Assembly: GCA_964016885.1 (NCBI GenBank) | Contig: CAXHJY010001758.1 | Coordinates: 20,001 to 84,000, forward strand | Direction of reading: 5' to 3' | Length of the DNA stretch: 64,000 nt | Source of the DNA: Eledone cirrhosa | Taxonomy: Eukaryota | Part shown: positions 1 through 12,197 of the stretch, piece by piece | How positions within the stretch are numbered: position 1 is the first letter of the stretch | Layout: each line of letters begins with the position of its first letter | Program-made: the position numbers and the translations under genes | Notes under the pieces: generated by a model | What the model saw: only the letters and a program-made list of their open reading frames with translations | Databases searched by the model: none | What the model was told of the DNA's origin: nothing

Positions 1-28
1 CACGGGCGGCCGGCCCGCGATTGAAAAG

Positions 29-128
29 GTAACTCCGCCGGCAAATCGTCATTTTTGGATTCGTTTTCTTCGAAGCACACCATTCGCCGGCGGACTTTGT
101 TGACGTTTAACACGGTTTGGTTCCACAG
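29..128 (+). other. Intron-like segment (100 nt) in each monomer; putative, function unproven
   Basis: AAG|GTAACT at 26-34 is an 8/9 match to the MAG|GTRAGT donor consensus. TTTAAC at 106-111 is branch-like with A110, and TTGGTTCCACAG| ends at 128. There is no AG between 76 and 126. Confidence 0.25.
31..97. other. Intra-monomer inverted repeat / hairpin (present in every monomer)
   Basis: TCCGCCGGCAAAT (34-46) against ATTCGCCGGCGGA (82-94) is 12/13 complementary, and the mismatch is a G.U pair on the minus-strand RNA. It extends outward with AA31-32/TT96-97 and has an inner imperfect stem TTTGGA (54-59)/TCGAAG (70-75). Confidence 0.9.
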
Positions 129-138
129 CCACAACTAT

Positions 139-169
139 TGAATTTACGGAGATATCTTGCTGAAATTCA
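139..169. other. Second imperfect dyad centred on AGATATCT (EcoRV site)
   Basis: TGAATTT (139-145) is the reverse complement of AAATTCA (163-169) in monomers carrying the GAATTT allele. The arms flank the perfect palindrome AGATATCT (150-157). Confidence 0.75.
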
Positions 170-178
170 CGCCACACA

Positions 179-236
179 TAGCCAATGAGTGTCTGCACAT
201 GTACCAGTAATTACAGATCGATCCGACCACGGGCGG
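179..236 (+). promoter_or_regulatory. CCAAT-box (NF-Y-like), E-box and GC-box motif cluster in each monomer; putative
   Basis: TAGCCAATGAG at 179-189, CACATG at 196-201 and GGGCGG at 231-236. These are short motifs only, with no transcription evidence. Confidence 0.2.
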
Positions 237-3200
237 CCGGCCCGCGATTGAAAAGGTAACTCCGCCGGCAAATCGTCATTTTTGGATTCGTTTTCTTCGA
301 AGCACACCATTCGCCGGCGGACTTTGTTGACGTTTAACACGGTTTGGTTCCACAGCCACAACTATTGATTTTACGGAGATATCTTGCTGAAATTCACGCC
401 ACACATAGCCAATGAGTGTCTGCACATGTACCAGTAATTACAGATCGATCCGACCACGGGCGGCCGGCCCGCGATTGAAAAGGTAACTCCGCCGGCAAAT
501 CGTCATTTTTGGATTCGTTTTCTTCGAAGCACACCATTCGCCGGCGGACTTTGTTGACGTTTAACACGGTTTGGTTCCACAGCCACAACTATTGATTTTA
601 CGGAGATATCTTGCTGAAATTCACGCCGCACATAGCCAATGAGTGTCTGCACATGTACCAGTAATTACAGATCGATCCGACCACGGGCGGCCGGCCCGCG
701 ATTGAAAAGGTAACTCCGCCGGCAAATCGTCATTTTTGGATTCGTTTTCTTCGAAGCACACCATTCGCCGGCGGACTTTGTTGACGTTTAACACGGTTTG
801 GTTCCACAGCCACAACTATTGAATTTACGGAGATATCTTGCTGAAATTCACGCCACACATAGCCAATGAGTGTCTGCACATGTACCAGTAATTACAGATC
901 GATCCGACCACGGGCGGCCGGCCCGCGATTGAAAAGGTAACTCCGCCGGCAAATCGTCATTTTTGGATTCGTTTTCTTCGAAGCACACCATTCGCCGGCG
1001 GACTTTGTTGACGTTTAACACGGTTTGGTTCCACAGCCACAACTATTGAATTTACGGAGATATCTTGCTGAAATTCACGCCACACATAGCCAATGAGTGT
1101 CTGCACATGTACCAGTAATTACAGATCGATCCGACCACGGGCGGCCGGCCCGCGATTGAAAAGGTAACTCCGCCAGCAAATCGTCATTTTTGGATTCGTT
1201 TTCTTCGAAACACACCATTCGCCGGCGGACTTTGTTGACGTTTAACACGGTTTGGTTCCACAGCCACAACTATTGATGTTACGGAGATATCTTGCTGGAA
1301 TTCACGCCGCACATAGCCAATGAGTGTCTACACATGTACCAGTAATTACAGATCGATCCGACCACGGGCGGCCGGCCCGCGATTTTAAAGGTAACTCCGC
1401 CGGCAAATCGTCATTTTTGGATTCGTTTTCTTCGAAGCACACCATTCGCCGGCGGACTTTGTTGACGTTTAACACGGTTTGGTTCCACAGCCACAACTAT
1501 TGATTTTACGGAGATATCTTGCTGAAATTCACGCCGCACATAGCCAATGAGTGTCTGCACATGTACCAGTAATTACAGATCGATCCGACCACGGGCGGCC
1601 GGCCCGCGATTGAAAAGGTAACTCCGCCGGCAAATCGTCATTTTTGGATTCGTTTTCTTCGAAGCACACCATTCGCCGGCGGACTTTGTTGACGTTTAAC
1701 ACGGTTTGGTTCCACAGCCACAACTATTGAATTTACGGAGATATCTTGCTGAAATTCACGCCACACATAGCCAATGAGTGTCTGCACATGTACCAGTAAT
1801 TACAGATCGATCCGACCACGGGCGGCCGGCCCGCGATTGAAAAGGTAACTCCGCCGGCAAATCGTCATTTTTGGATTCGTTTTCTTCGAAGCACACCATT
1901 CGCCGGCGGACTTTGTTGACGTTTAACACGGTTTGGTTCCACAGCCACAACTATTGATTTTACGGAGATATCTTGCTGAAATTCACGCCACACATAGCCA
2001 ATGAGTGTCTGCACATGTACCAGTAATTACAGATCGATCCGACCACGGGCGGCCGGCCCGCGATTGAAAAGGTAACTCCGCCGGCAAATCGTCATTTTTG
2101 GATTCGTTTTCTTCGAAGCACACCATTCGCCGGCGGACTTTGTTGACGTTTAACACGGTTTGGTTCCACAGCCACAACTATTGATTTTACGGAGATATCT
2201 TGCTGAAATTCACGCCGCACATAGCCAATGAGTGTCTGCACATGTACCAGTAATTACAGATCGATCCGACCACGGGCGGCCGGCCCGCGATTGAAAAGGT
2301 AACTCCGCCGGCAAATCGTCATTTTTGGATTCGTTTTCTTCGAAGCACACCATTCGCCGGCGGACTTTGTTGACGTTTAACACGGTTTGGTTCCACAGCC
2401 ACAACTATTGAATTTACGGAGATATCTTGCTGAAATTCACGCCACACATAGCCAATGAGTGTCTGCACATGTACCAGTAATTACAGATCGATCCGACCAC
2501 GGGCGGCCGGCCCGCGATTGAAAAGGTAACTCCGCCGGCAAATCGTCATTTTTGGATTCGTTTTCTTCGAAGCACACCATTCGCCGGCGGACTTTGTTGA
2601 CGTTTAACACGGTTTGGTTCCACAGCCACAACTATTGATGTTACGGAGATATCTTGCTGGAATTCACGCCGCACATAGCCAATGAGTGTCTGCACATGTA
2701 CCAGTAATTACAGATCGATCCGACCACGGGCGGCCGGCCCGCGATTTTAAAGGTAACTCCGCCGGCAAATCGTCATTTTTGGATTCGTTTTCTTCGAAGC
2801 ACACCATTCGCCGGCGGACTTTGTTGACGTTTAACACGGTTTGGTTCCACAGCCACAACTATTGATTTTACGGAGATATCTTGCTGAAATTCACGCCGCA
2901 CATAGCCAATGAGTGTCTGCACATGTACCAGTAATTACAGATCGATCCGACCACGGGCGGCCGGCCCGCGATTTTAAAGGTAACTCCGCCGGCAAATCGT
3001 CATTTTTGGATTCGTTTTCTTCGAAACACACCATTCGCCGGCGGACTTTGTTGACGTTTAACACGGTTTGGTTCCACAGCCACAACTATTGATTTTACGG
3101 AGATATCTTGCTGAAATTCACGCCGCACATAGCCAATGAGTGTGTGCACATGTACCAGTAATTACAGATCGATCCGACCACGGGCGGCCGGCCCGCGATT

Positions 3201-4025
3201 GAAAAGGTAACTCCGCCGGCAAATCGTCATTTTTGGATTCGTTTTCTTCGAAGCACACCATTCGCCTGCGGACTTTGTTGACGTTTAACACGGTTTGGTT
3301 CCACAGCCACAACTATTGATTTTACGGAGATATCTTGCTGAAATTCACGCCACACATAGCCAATGAGTGTCTGCACATGTACCAGTAATTACAGATCGAT
3401 CCGACCACGGGCGGCCGGCCCGCGATTTTAAAGGTAACTCCGCCGGCAAATCGTCATTTTTGGATTCGTTTTCTTCGAAGCACACCATTCGCCGGCGGAC
3501 TTTGTTGACGTTTAACACGGTTTGGTTCCACAGCCACAACTATTGATTTTACGGAGATATCTTGCTGAAATTCACGCCGCACATAGCCAATGAGTGTCTG
3601 CACATGTACCAGTAATTACAGATCGATCCGACCACGGGCGGCCGGCCCGCGATTGAAAAGGTAACTCCGCCGGCAAATCGTCATTTTTGGATTCGTTTTC
3701 TTCGAAGCACACCATTCGCCGGCGGACTTTGTTGACGTTTAACACGGTTTGGTTCCACAGCCACAACTATTGAATTTACGGAGATATCTTGCTGAAATTC
3801 ACGCCACACATAGCCAATGAGTGTCTGCACATGTACCAGTAATTACAGATCGATCCGACCACGGGCGGCCGGCCCGCGATTGAAAAGGTAACTCCGCCGG
3901 CAAATCGTCATTTTTGGATTCGTTTTCTTCGAAGCACACCATTCGCCGGCGGACTTTGTTGACGTTTAACACGGTTTGGTTCCACAGCCACAACTATTGA
4001 TTTTACGGAGATATCTTGCTGAAAT

Positions 4026-7000
4026 TCACGCCACACATAGCCAATGAGTGTCTGCACATGTACCAGTAATTACAGATCGATCCGACCACGGGCGGCCGAC
4101 CCGCGATTGAAAAGGTAACTCCGCCGGCAAATCGTCATTTTTGGATTCGTTTTCTTCGAAGCACACCATTCGCCGGCGGACTTTGTTGACGTTTAACACG
4201 GTTTGGTTCCACAGCCACAACTATTGATTTTACGGAGATATCTTGCTGAAATTCACGCCGCACATAGCCAATGAGTGTCTGCACATGTACCAGTAATTAC
4301 AGATCGATCCGACCACGGGCGGCCGGCCCGCGATTGAAAAGGTAACTCCGCCGGCAAATCGTCATTTTTGGATTCGTTTTCTTCGAAGCACACCATTCGC
4401 CGGCGGACTTTGTTGACGTTTAACACGGTTTGGTTCCACAGCCACAACTATTGAATTTACGGAGATATCTTGCTGAAATTCACGCCACACATAGCCAATG
4501 AGTGTCTGCACATGTACCAGTAATTACAGATCGATCCGACCACGGGCGGCCGGCCCGCGATTGAAAAGGTAACTCCGCCGGCAAATCGTCATTTTTGGAT
4601 TCGTTTTCTTCGAAGCACACCATTCGCCGGCGGACTTTGTTGACGTTTAACACGGTTTGGTTCCACAGCCACAACTATTGATGTTACGGAGATATCTTGC
4701 TGGAATTCACGCCGCACATAGCCAATGAGTGTCTGCACATGTACCAGTAATTACAGATCGATCCGACCACGGGCGGCCGGCCCGCGATTTTAAAGGTAAC
4801 TCCGCCGGCAAATCGTCATTTTTGGATTCGTTTTCTTCGAAGCACACCATTCGCCGGCGGACTTTGTTGACGTTTAACACGGTTTGGTTCCACAGCCACA
4901 ACTATTGATTTTACGGAGATATCTTGCTGAAATTCACGCCGCACATAGCCAATGAGTGTCTGCACATGTACCAGTAATTACAGATCGATCCGACCACGGG
5001 CGGCCGGCCCGCGATTGAAAAGGTAACTCCGCCGGCAAATCGTCATTTTTGGATTCGTTTTCTTCGAAGCACACCATTCGCCGGCGGACTTTGTTGACGT
5101 TTAACACGGTTTGGTTCCACAGCCACAACTATTGAATTTACGGAGATATCTTGCTGAAATTCACGCCACACATAGCCAATGAGTGTCTGCACATGTACCA
5201 GTAATTACAGATCGATCCGACCACGGGCGGCCGGCCCGCGATTGAAAAGGTAACTCCGCCGGCAAATCGTCATTTTTGGATTCGTTTTCTTCGAAGCACA
5301 CCATTCGCCGGCGGACTTTGTTGACGTTTAACACGGTTTGGTTCCACAGCCACAACTATTGATGTTACGGAGATATCTTGCTGGAATTCACGCCGCACAT
5401 AGCCAATGAGTGTCTGCACATGTACCAGTAATTACAGATCGATCCGACCACGGGCGGCCGGCCCGCGATTTTAAAGGTAACTCCGCCGGCAAATCGTCAT
5501 TTTTGGATTCGTTTTCTTCGAAGCACACCATTCGCCGGCGGACTTTGTTGACGTTTAACACGGTTTGGTTCCACAGCCACAACTATTGATTTTACGGAGA
5601 TATCTTGCTGAAATTCACGCCGCACATAGCCAATGAGTGTCTGCACATGTACCAGTAATTACAGATCGATCCGACCACGGGCGGCCGGCCCGCGATTGAA
5701 AAGGTAACTCCGCCGGCAAATCGTCATTTTTGGATTCGTTTTCTTCGAAGCACACCATTCGCCGGCGGACTTTGTTGACGTTTAACACGGTTTGGTTCCA
5801 CAGCCACAACTATTGAATTTACGGAGATATCTTGCTGAAATTCACGCCACACATAGCCAATGAGTGTCTGCACATGTACCAGTAATTACAGATCGATCCG
5901 ACCACGGGCGGCCGGCCCGCGATTTTAAAGGTAACTCCGCCGGCAAATCGTCATTTTTGGATTCGTTTTCTTCGAAACACACCATTCGCCGGCGGACTTT
6001 GTTGACGTTTAACACGGTTTGGTTCCACAGCCACAACTATTGATTTTACGGAGATATCTTGCTGAAATTCACGCCGCACATAGCCAATGAGTGTGTGCAC
6101 ATGTACCAGTAATTACAGATCGATCCGACCACGGGCGGCCGGCCCGCGATTGAAAAGGTAACTCCGCCGGCAAATCGTCATTTTTGGATTCGTTTTCTTC
6201 GAAGCACACCATTCGCCTGCGGACTTTGTTGACGTTTAACACGGTTTGGTTCCACAGCCACAACTATTGATTTTACGGAGATATCTTGCTGAAATTCACG
6301 CCACACATAGCCAATGAGTGTCTGCACATGTACCAGTAATTACAGATCGATCCGACCACGGGCGGCCGGCCCGCGATTTTAAAGGTAACTCCGCCGGCAA
6401 ATCGTCATTTTTGGATTCGTTTTCTTCGAAGCACACCATTCGCCGGCGGACTTTGTTGACGTTTAACACGGTTTGGTTCCACAGCCACAACTATTGATTT
6501 TACGGAGATATCTTGCTGAAATTCACGCCGCACATAGCCAATGAGTGTCTGCACATGTACCAGTAATTACAGATCGATCCGACCACGGGCGGCCGGCCCG
6601 CGATTGAAAAGGTAACTCCGCCGGCAAATCGTCATTTTTGGATTCGTTTTCTTCGAAGCACACCATTCGCCGGCGGACTTTGTTGACGTTTAACACGGTT
6701 TGGTTCCACAGCCACAACTATTGAATTTACGGAGATATCTTGCTGAAATTCACGCCACACATAGCCAATGAGTGTCTGCACATGTACCAGTAATTACAGA
6801 TCGATCCGACCACGGGCGGCCGGCCCGCGATTGAAAAGGTAACTCCGCCGGCAAATCGTCATTTTTGGATTCGTTTTCTTCGAAGCACACCATTCGCCGG
6901 CGGACTTTGTTGACGTTTAACACGGTTTGGTTCCACAGCCACAACTATTGATTTTACGGAGATATCTTGCTGAAATTCACGCCGCACATAGCCAATGAGT

Positions 7001-10000
7001 GTCTGCACATGTACCAGTAATTACAGATCGATCCGACCACGGGCGGCCGGCCCGCGATTGAAAAGGTAACTCCGCCGGCAAATCGTCATTTTTGGATTCG
7101 TTTTCTTCGAAGCACACCATTCGCCGGCGGACTTTGTTGACGTTTAACACGGTTTGGTTCCACAGCCACAACTATTGAATTTACGGAGATATCTTGCTGA
7201 AATTCACGCCACACATAGCCAATGAGTGTCTGCACATGTACCAGTAATTACAGATCGATCCGACCACGGGCGGCCGGCCCGCGATTGAAAAGGTAACTCC
7301 GCCGGCAAATCGTCATTTTTGGATTCGTTTTCTTCGAAGCACACCATTCGCCGGCGGACTTTGTTGACGTTTAACACGGTTTGGTTCCACAGCCACAACT
7401 ATTGATGTTACGGAGATATCTTGCTGGAATTCACGCCGCACATAGCCAATGAGTGTCTGCACATGTACCAGTAATTACAGATCGATCCGACCACGGGCGG
7501 CCGGCCCGCGATTTTAAAGGTAACTCCGCCGGCAAATCGTCATTTTTGGATTCGTTTTCTTCGAAGCACACCATTCGCCGGCGGACTTTGTTGACGTTTA
7601 ACACGGTTTGGTTCCACAGCCACAACTATTGATTTTACGGAGATATCTTGCTGAGATTCACGCCGCACATAGCCAATGAGTGTCTGCACATGTACCAGTA
7701 ATTACAGATCGATCCGACCACGGGCGGCCGGCCCGCGATTGAAAAGGTAACTCCGCCGGCAAATCGTCATTTTTGGATTCGTTTTCTTCGAAGCACACCA
7801 TTCGCCGGCGGACTTTGTTGACGTTTAACACGGTTTGGTTCCACAGCCACAACTATTGAATTTACGGAGATATCTTGCTGAAATTCACGCCACACATAGC
7901 CAATGAGTGTCTGCACATGTACCAGTAATTACAGATCGATCCGACCACGGGCGGCCGGCCCGCGATTTTAAAGGTAACTCCGCCGGCAAATCGTCATTTT
8001 TGGATTCGTTTTCTTCGAAACACACCATTCGCCGGCGGACTTTGTTGACGTTTAACACGGTTTGGTTCCACAGCCACAACTATTGATTTTACGGAGATAT
8101 CTTGCTGAAATTCACGCCGCACATAGCCAATGAGTGTGTGCACATGTACCAGTAATTACAGATCGATCCGACCACGGGCGGCCGGCCCGCGATTGAAAAG
8201 GTAACTCCGCCGGCAAATCGTCATTTTTGGATTCGTTTTCTTCGAAGCACACCATTCGCCTGCGGACTTTGTTGACGTTTAACACGGTTTGGTTCCACAG
8301 CCACAACTATTGATTTTACGGAGATATCTTGCTGAAATTCACGCCACACATAGCCAATGAGTGTCTGCACATGTACCAGTAATTACAGATCGATCCGACC
8401 ACGGGCGGCCGGCCCGCGATTTTAAAGGTAACTCCGCCGGCAAATCGTCATTTTTGGATTCGTTTTCTTCGAAGCACACCATTCGCCGGCGGACTTTGTT
8501 GACGTTTAACACGGTTTGGTTCCACAGCCACAACTATTGATTTTACGGAGATATCTTGCTGAAATTCACGCCGCACATAGCCAATGAGTGTCTGCACATG
8601 TACCAGTAATTACAGATCGATCCGACCACGGGCGGCCGGCCCGCGATTGAAAAGGTAACTCCGCCGGCAAATCGTCATTTTTGGATTCGTTTTCTTCGAA
8701 GCACACCATTCGCCGGCGGACTTTGTTGACGTTTAACACGGTTTGGTTCCACAGCCACAACTATTGAATTTACGGAGATATCTTGCTGAAATTCACGCCA
8801 CACATAGCCAATGAGTGTCTGCACATGTACCAGTAATTACAGATCGATCCGACCACGGGCGGCCGGCCCGCGATTGAAAAGGTAACTCCGCCGGCAAATC
8901 GTCATTTTTGGATTCGTTTTCTTCGAAGCACACCATTCGCCGGCGGACTTTGTTGACGTTTAACACGGTTTGGTTCCACAGCCACAACTATTGATTTTAC
9001 GGAGATATCTTGCTGGAATTCACGCCGCACATAGCCAATGAGTGTCTGCACATGTACCAGTAATTACAGATCGATCCGACCACGGGCGGCCGGCCCGCGA
9101 TTTTAAAGGTAACTCCGCCGGCAAATCGTCATTTTTGGATTCGTTTTCTTCGAAGCACACCATTCGCCGGCGGACTTTGTTGACGTTTAACACGGTTTGG
9201 TTCCACAGCCACAACTATTGATTTTACGGAGATATCTTGCTGAAATTCACGCCGCACATAGCCAATGAGTGTCTGCACATGTACCAGTAATTACAGATCG
9301 ATCCGACCACGGGCGGCCGGCCCGCGATTGAAAAGGTAACTCCGCCGGCAAATCGTCATTTTTGGATTCGTTTTCTTCGAAGCACACCATTCGCCGGCGG
9401 ACTTTGTTGACGTTTAACACGGTTTGGTTCCACAGCCACAACTATTGAATTTACGGAGATATCTTGCTGAAATTCACGCCACACATAGCCAATGAGTGTC
9501 TGCACATGTACCAGTAATTACAGATCGATCCGACCACGGGCGGCCGACCCGCGATTGAAAAGGTAACTCCGCCGGCAAATCGTCATTTTTGGATTCGTTT
9601 TCTTCGAAGCACACCATTCGCCGGCGGACTTTGTTGACGTTTAACACGGTTTGGTTCCACAGCCACAACTATTGATTTTACGGAGATATCTTGCTGAAAT
9701 TCACGCCGCACATAGCCAATGAGTGTCTGCACATGTACCAGTAATTACAGATCGATCCGACCACGGGCGGCCGGCCCGCGATTGAAAAGGTAACTCCGCC
9801 GGCAAATCGTCATTTTTGGATTCGTTTTCTTCGAAGCACACCATTCGCCGGCGGACTTTGTTGACGTTTAACACGGTTTGGTTCCACAGCCACAACTATT
9901 GAATTTACGGAGATATCTTGCTGAAATTCACGCCACACATAGCCAATGAGTGTCTGCACATGTACCAGTAATTACAGATCGATCCGACCACGGGCGGCCG

Positions 10001-12197
10001 GCCCGCGATTGAAAAGGTAACTCCGCCGGCAAATCGTCATTTTTGGATTCGTTTTCTTCGAAGCACACCATTCGCCGGCGGACTTTGTTGACGTTTAACA
10101 CGGTTTGGTTCCACAGCCACAACTATTGATGTTACGGAGATATCTTGCTGGAATTCACGCCGCACATAGCCAATGAGTGTCTGCACATGTACCAGTAATT
10201 ACAGATCGATCCGACCACGGGCGGCCGGCCCGCGATTTTAAAGGTAACTCCGCCGGCAAATCGTCATTTTTGGATTCGTTTTCTTCGAAGCACACCATTC
10301 GCCGGCGGACTTTGTTGACGTTTAACACGGTTTGGTTCCACAGCCACAACTATTGATTTTACGGAGATATCTTGCTGAAATTCACGCCGCACATAGCCAA
10401 TGAGTGTCTGCACATGTACCAGTAATTACAGATCGATCCGACCACGGGCGGCCGGCCCGCGATTGAAAAGGTAACTCCGCCGGCAAATCGTCATTTTTGG
10501 ATTCGTTTTCTTCGAAGCACACCATTCGCCGGCGGACTTTGTTGACGTTTAACACGGTTTGGTTCCACAGCCACAACTATTGAATTTACGGAGATATCTT
10601 GCTGAAATTCACGCCACACATAGCCAATGAGTGTCTGCACATGTACCAGTAATTACAGATCGATCCGACCACGGGCGGCCGGCCCGCGATTGAAAAGGTA
10701 ACTCCGCCGGCAAATCGTCATTTTTGGATTCGTTTTCTTCGAAGCACACCATTCGCCGGCGGACTTTGTTGACGTTTAACACGGTTTGGTTCCACAGCCA
10801 CAACTATTGATGTTACGGAGATATCTTGCTGGAATTCACGCCGCACATAGCCAATGAGTGTCTGCACATGTACCAGTAATTACAGATCGATCCGACCACG
10901 GGCGGCCGGCCCGCGATTTTAAAGGTAACTCCGCCGGCAAATCGTCATTTTTGGATTCGTTTTCTTCGAAGCACACCATTCGCCGGCGGACTTTGTTGAC
11001 GTTTAACACGGTTTGGTTCCACAGCCACAACTATTGATTTTACGGAGATATCTTGCTGAAATTCACGCCGCACATAGCCAATGAGTGTCTGCACATGTAC
11101 CAGTAATTACAGATCGATCCGACCACGGGCGGCCGGCCCGCGATTGAAAAGGTAACTCCGCCGGCAAATCGTCATTTTTGGATTCGTTTTCTTCGAAGCA
11201 CACCATTCGCCGGCGGACTTTGTTGACGTTTAACACGGTTTGGTTCCACAGCCACAACTATTGAATTTACGGAGATATCTTGCTGAAATTCACGCCACAC
11301 ATAGCCAATGAGTGTCTGCACATGTACCAGTAATTACAGATCGATCCGACCACGGGCGGCCGGCCCGCGATTTTAAAGGTAACTCCGCCGGCAAATCGTC
11401 ATTTTTGGATTCGTTTTCTTCGAAACACACCATTCGCCGGCGGACTTTGTTGACGTTTAACACGGTTTGGTTCCACAGCCACAACTATTGATTTTACGGA
11501 GATATCTTGCTGAAATTCACGCCGCACATAGCCAATGAGTGTGTGCACATGTACCAGTAATTACAGATCGATCCGACCACGGGCGGCCGGCCCGCGATTG
11601 AAAAGGTAACTCCGCCGGCAAATCGTCATTTTTGGATTCGTTTTCTTCGAAGCACACCATTCGCCTGCGGACTTTGTTGACGTTTAACACGGTTTGGTTC
11701 CACAGCCACAACTATTGATTTTACGGAGATATCTTGCTGAAATTCACGCCACACATAGCCAATGAGTGTCTGCACATGTACCAGTAATTACAGATCGATC
11801 CGACCACGGGCGGCCGGCCCGCGATTTTAAAGGTAACTCCGCCGGCAAATCGTCATTTTTGGATTCGTTTTCTTCGAAGCACACCATTCGCCGGCGGACT
11901 TTGTTGACGTTTAACACGGTTTGGTTCCACAGCCACAACTATTGATTTTACGGAGATATCTTGCTGAAATTCACGCCGCACATAGCCAATGAGTGTCTGC
12001 ACATGTACCAGTAATTACAGATCGATCCGACCACGGGCGGCCGGCCCGCGATTGAAAAGGTAACTCCGCCGGCAAATCGTCATTTTTGGATTCGTTTTCT
12101 TCGAAGCACACCATTCGCCGGCGGACTTTGTTGACGTTTAACACGGTTTGGTTCCACAGCCACAACTATTGATTTTACGGAGATATCTTGCTGGAAT
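4026..12197. repeat. 12-monomer block (about 4026-6749) copied at about 9474-12197; offset 5448 bp = 24 monomers
   Basis: Both blocks show the same ordered variant string. Each begins with the GGCCGACCC monomer (ORF variant SRV at 4026 and 9474) and includes the GTGTGTGC + CGCCTGCGG unit (6069 and 11517). Confidence 0.8.

Larger units (their letters stand above)
1..227 (+). repeat. Representative monomer (phase arbitrary); hand count 60 C + 51 G of 227 (about 49% GC) and 19 CpG
   Basis: Read directly. Common polymorphic monomer positions are 23-24 (GA/TT), 75 (G/A), 142-144 (GAATTT/GATTTT/GATGTT/GATTCT), 163 (A/G, creates EcoRI GAATTC), 174 (A/G) and 195 (G/A). Confidence 0.97.

Noticed and set aside
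34-94. MITE terminal inverted repeats or an intrinsic terminator
   Set aside because: No target-site duplication or recognisable TIR end motif is evident. The 35-nt interior is too long for a terminator loop, and there is no upstream gene.
29-128. C/D or H/ACA snoRNA inside the intron-like segment
   Set aside because: There are no RTGATGA and CTGA boxes framing the segment, and no two-hairpin H/ACA layout.
139-169. Baculovirus hr-like origin (imperfect palindrome of about 30 bp with an EcoRI site)
   Set aside because: The EcoRI site is off-centre and present only in a minority haplotype. hr regions have few units and lie among viral genes, none of which are present here.
121-188. Internal direct sub-repeat (CCACAGCCACAAC / TCACGCCACACATAGCCAA)
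   Set aside because: Only about 6-bp GCCACA cores match, which is too weak to claim the monomer arose from a shorter unit.
1-227. 5S rRNA or tRNA gene array / Pol III A and B boxes
   Set aside because: TAGCCAATGAG and GGTTCCACAGCC only loosely resemble the A and B boxes. I could not build a cloverleaf or match conserved 5S segments on either strand. A tRNAscan-SE or Rfam search would settle it.
1-227. Hammerhead ribozyme, as found in newt, schistosome and cricket satellites
   Set aside because: There is no CTGANGA core on either strand; the closest is CTGAAAT at 160-166.
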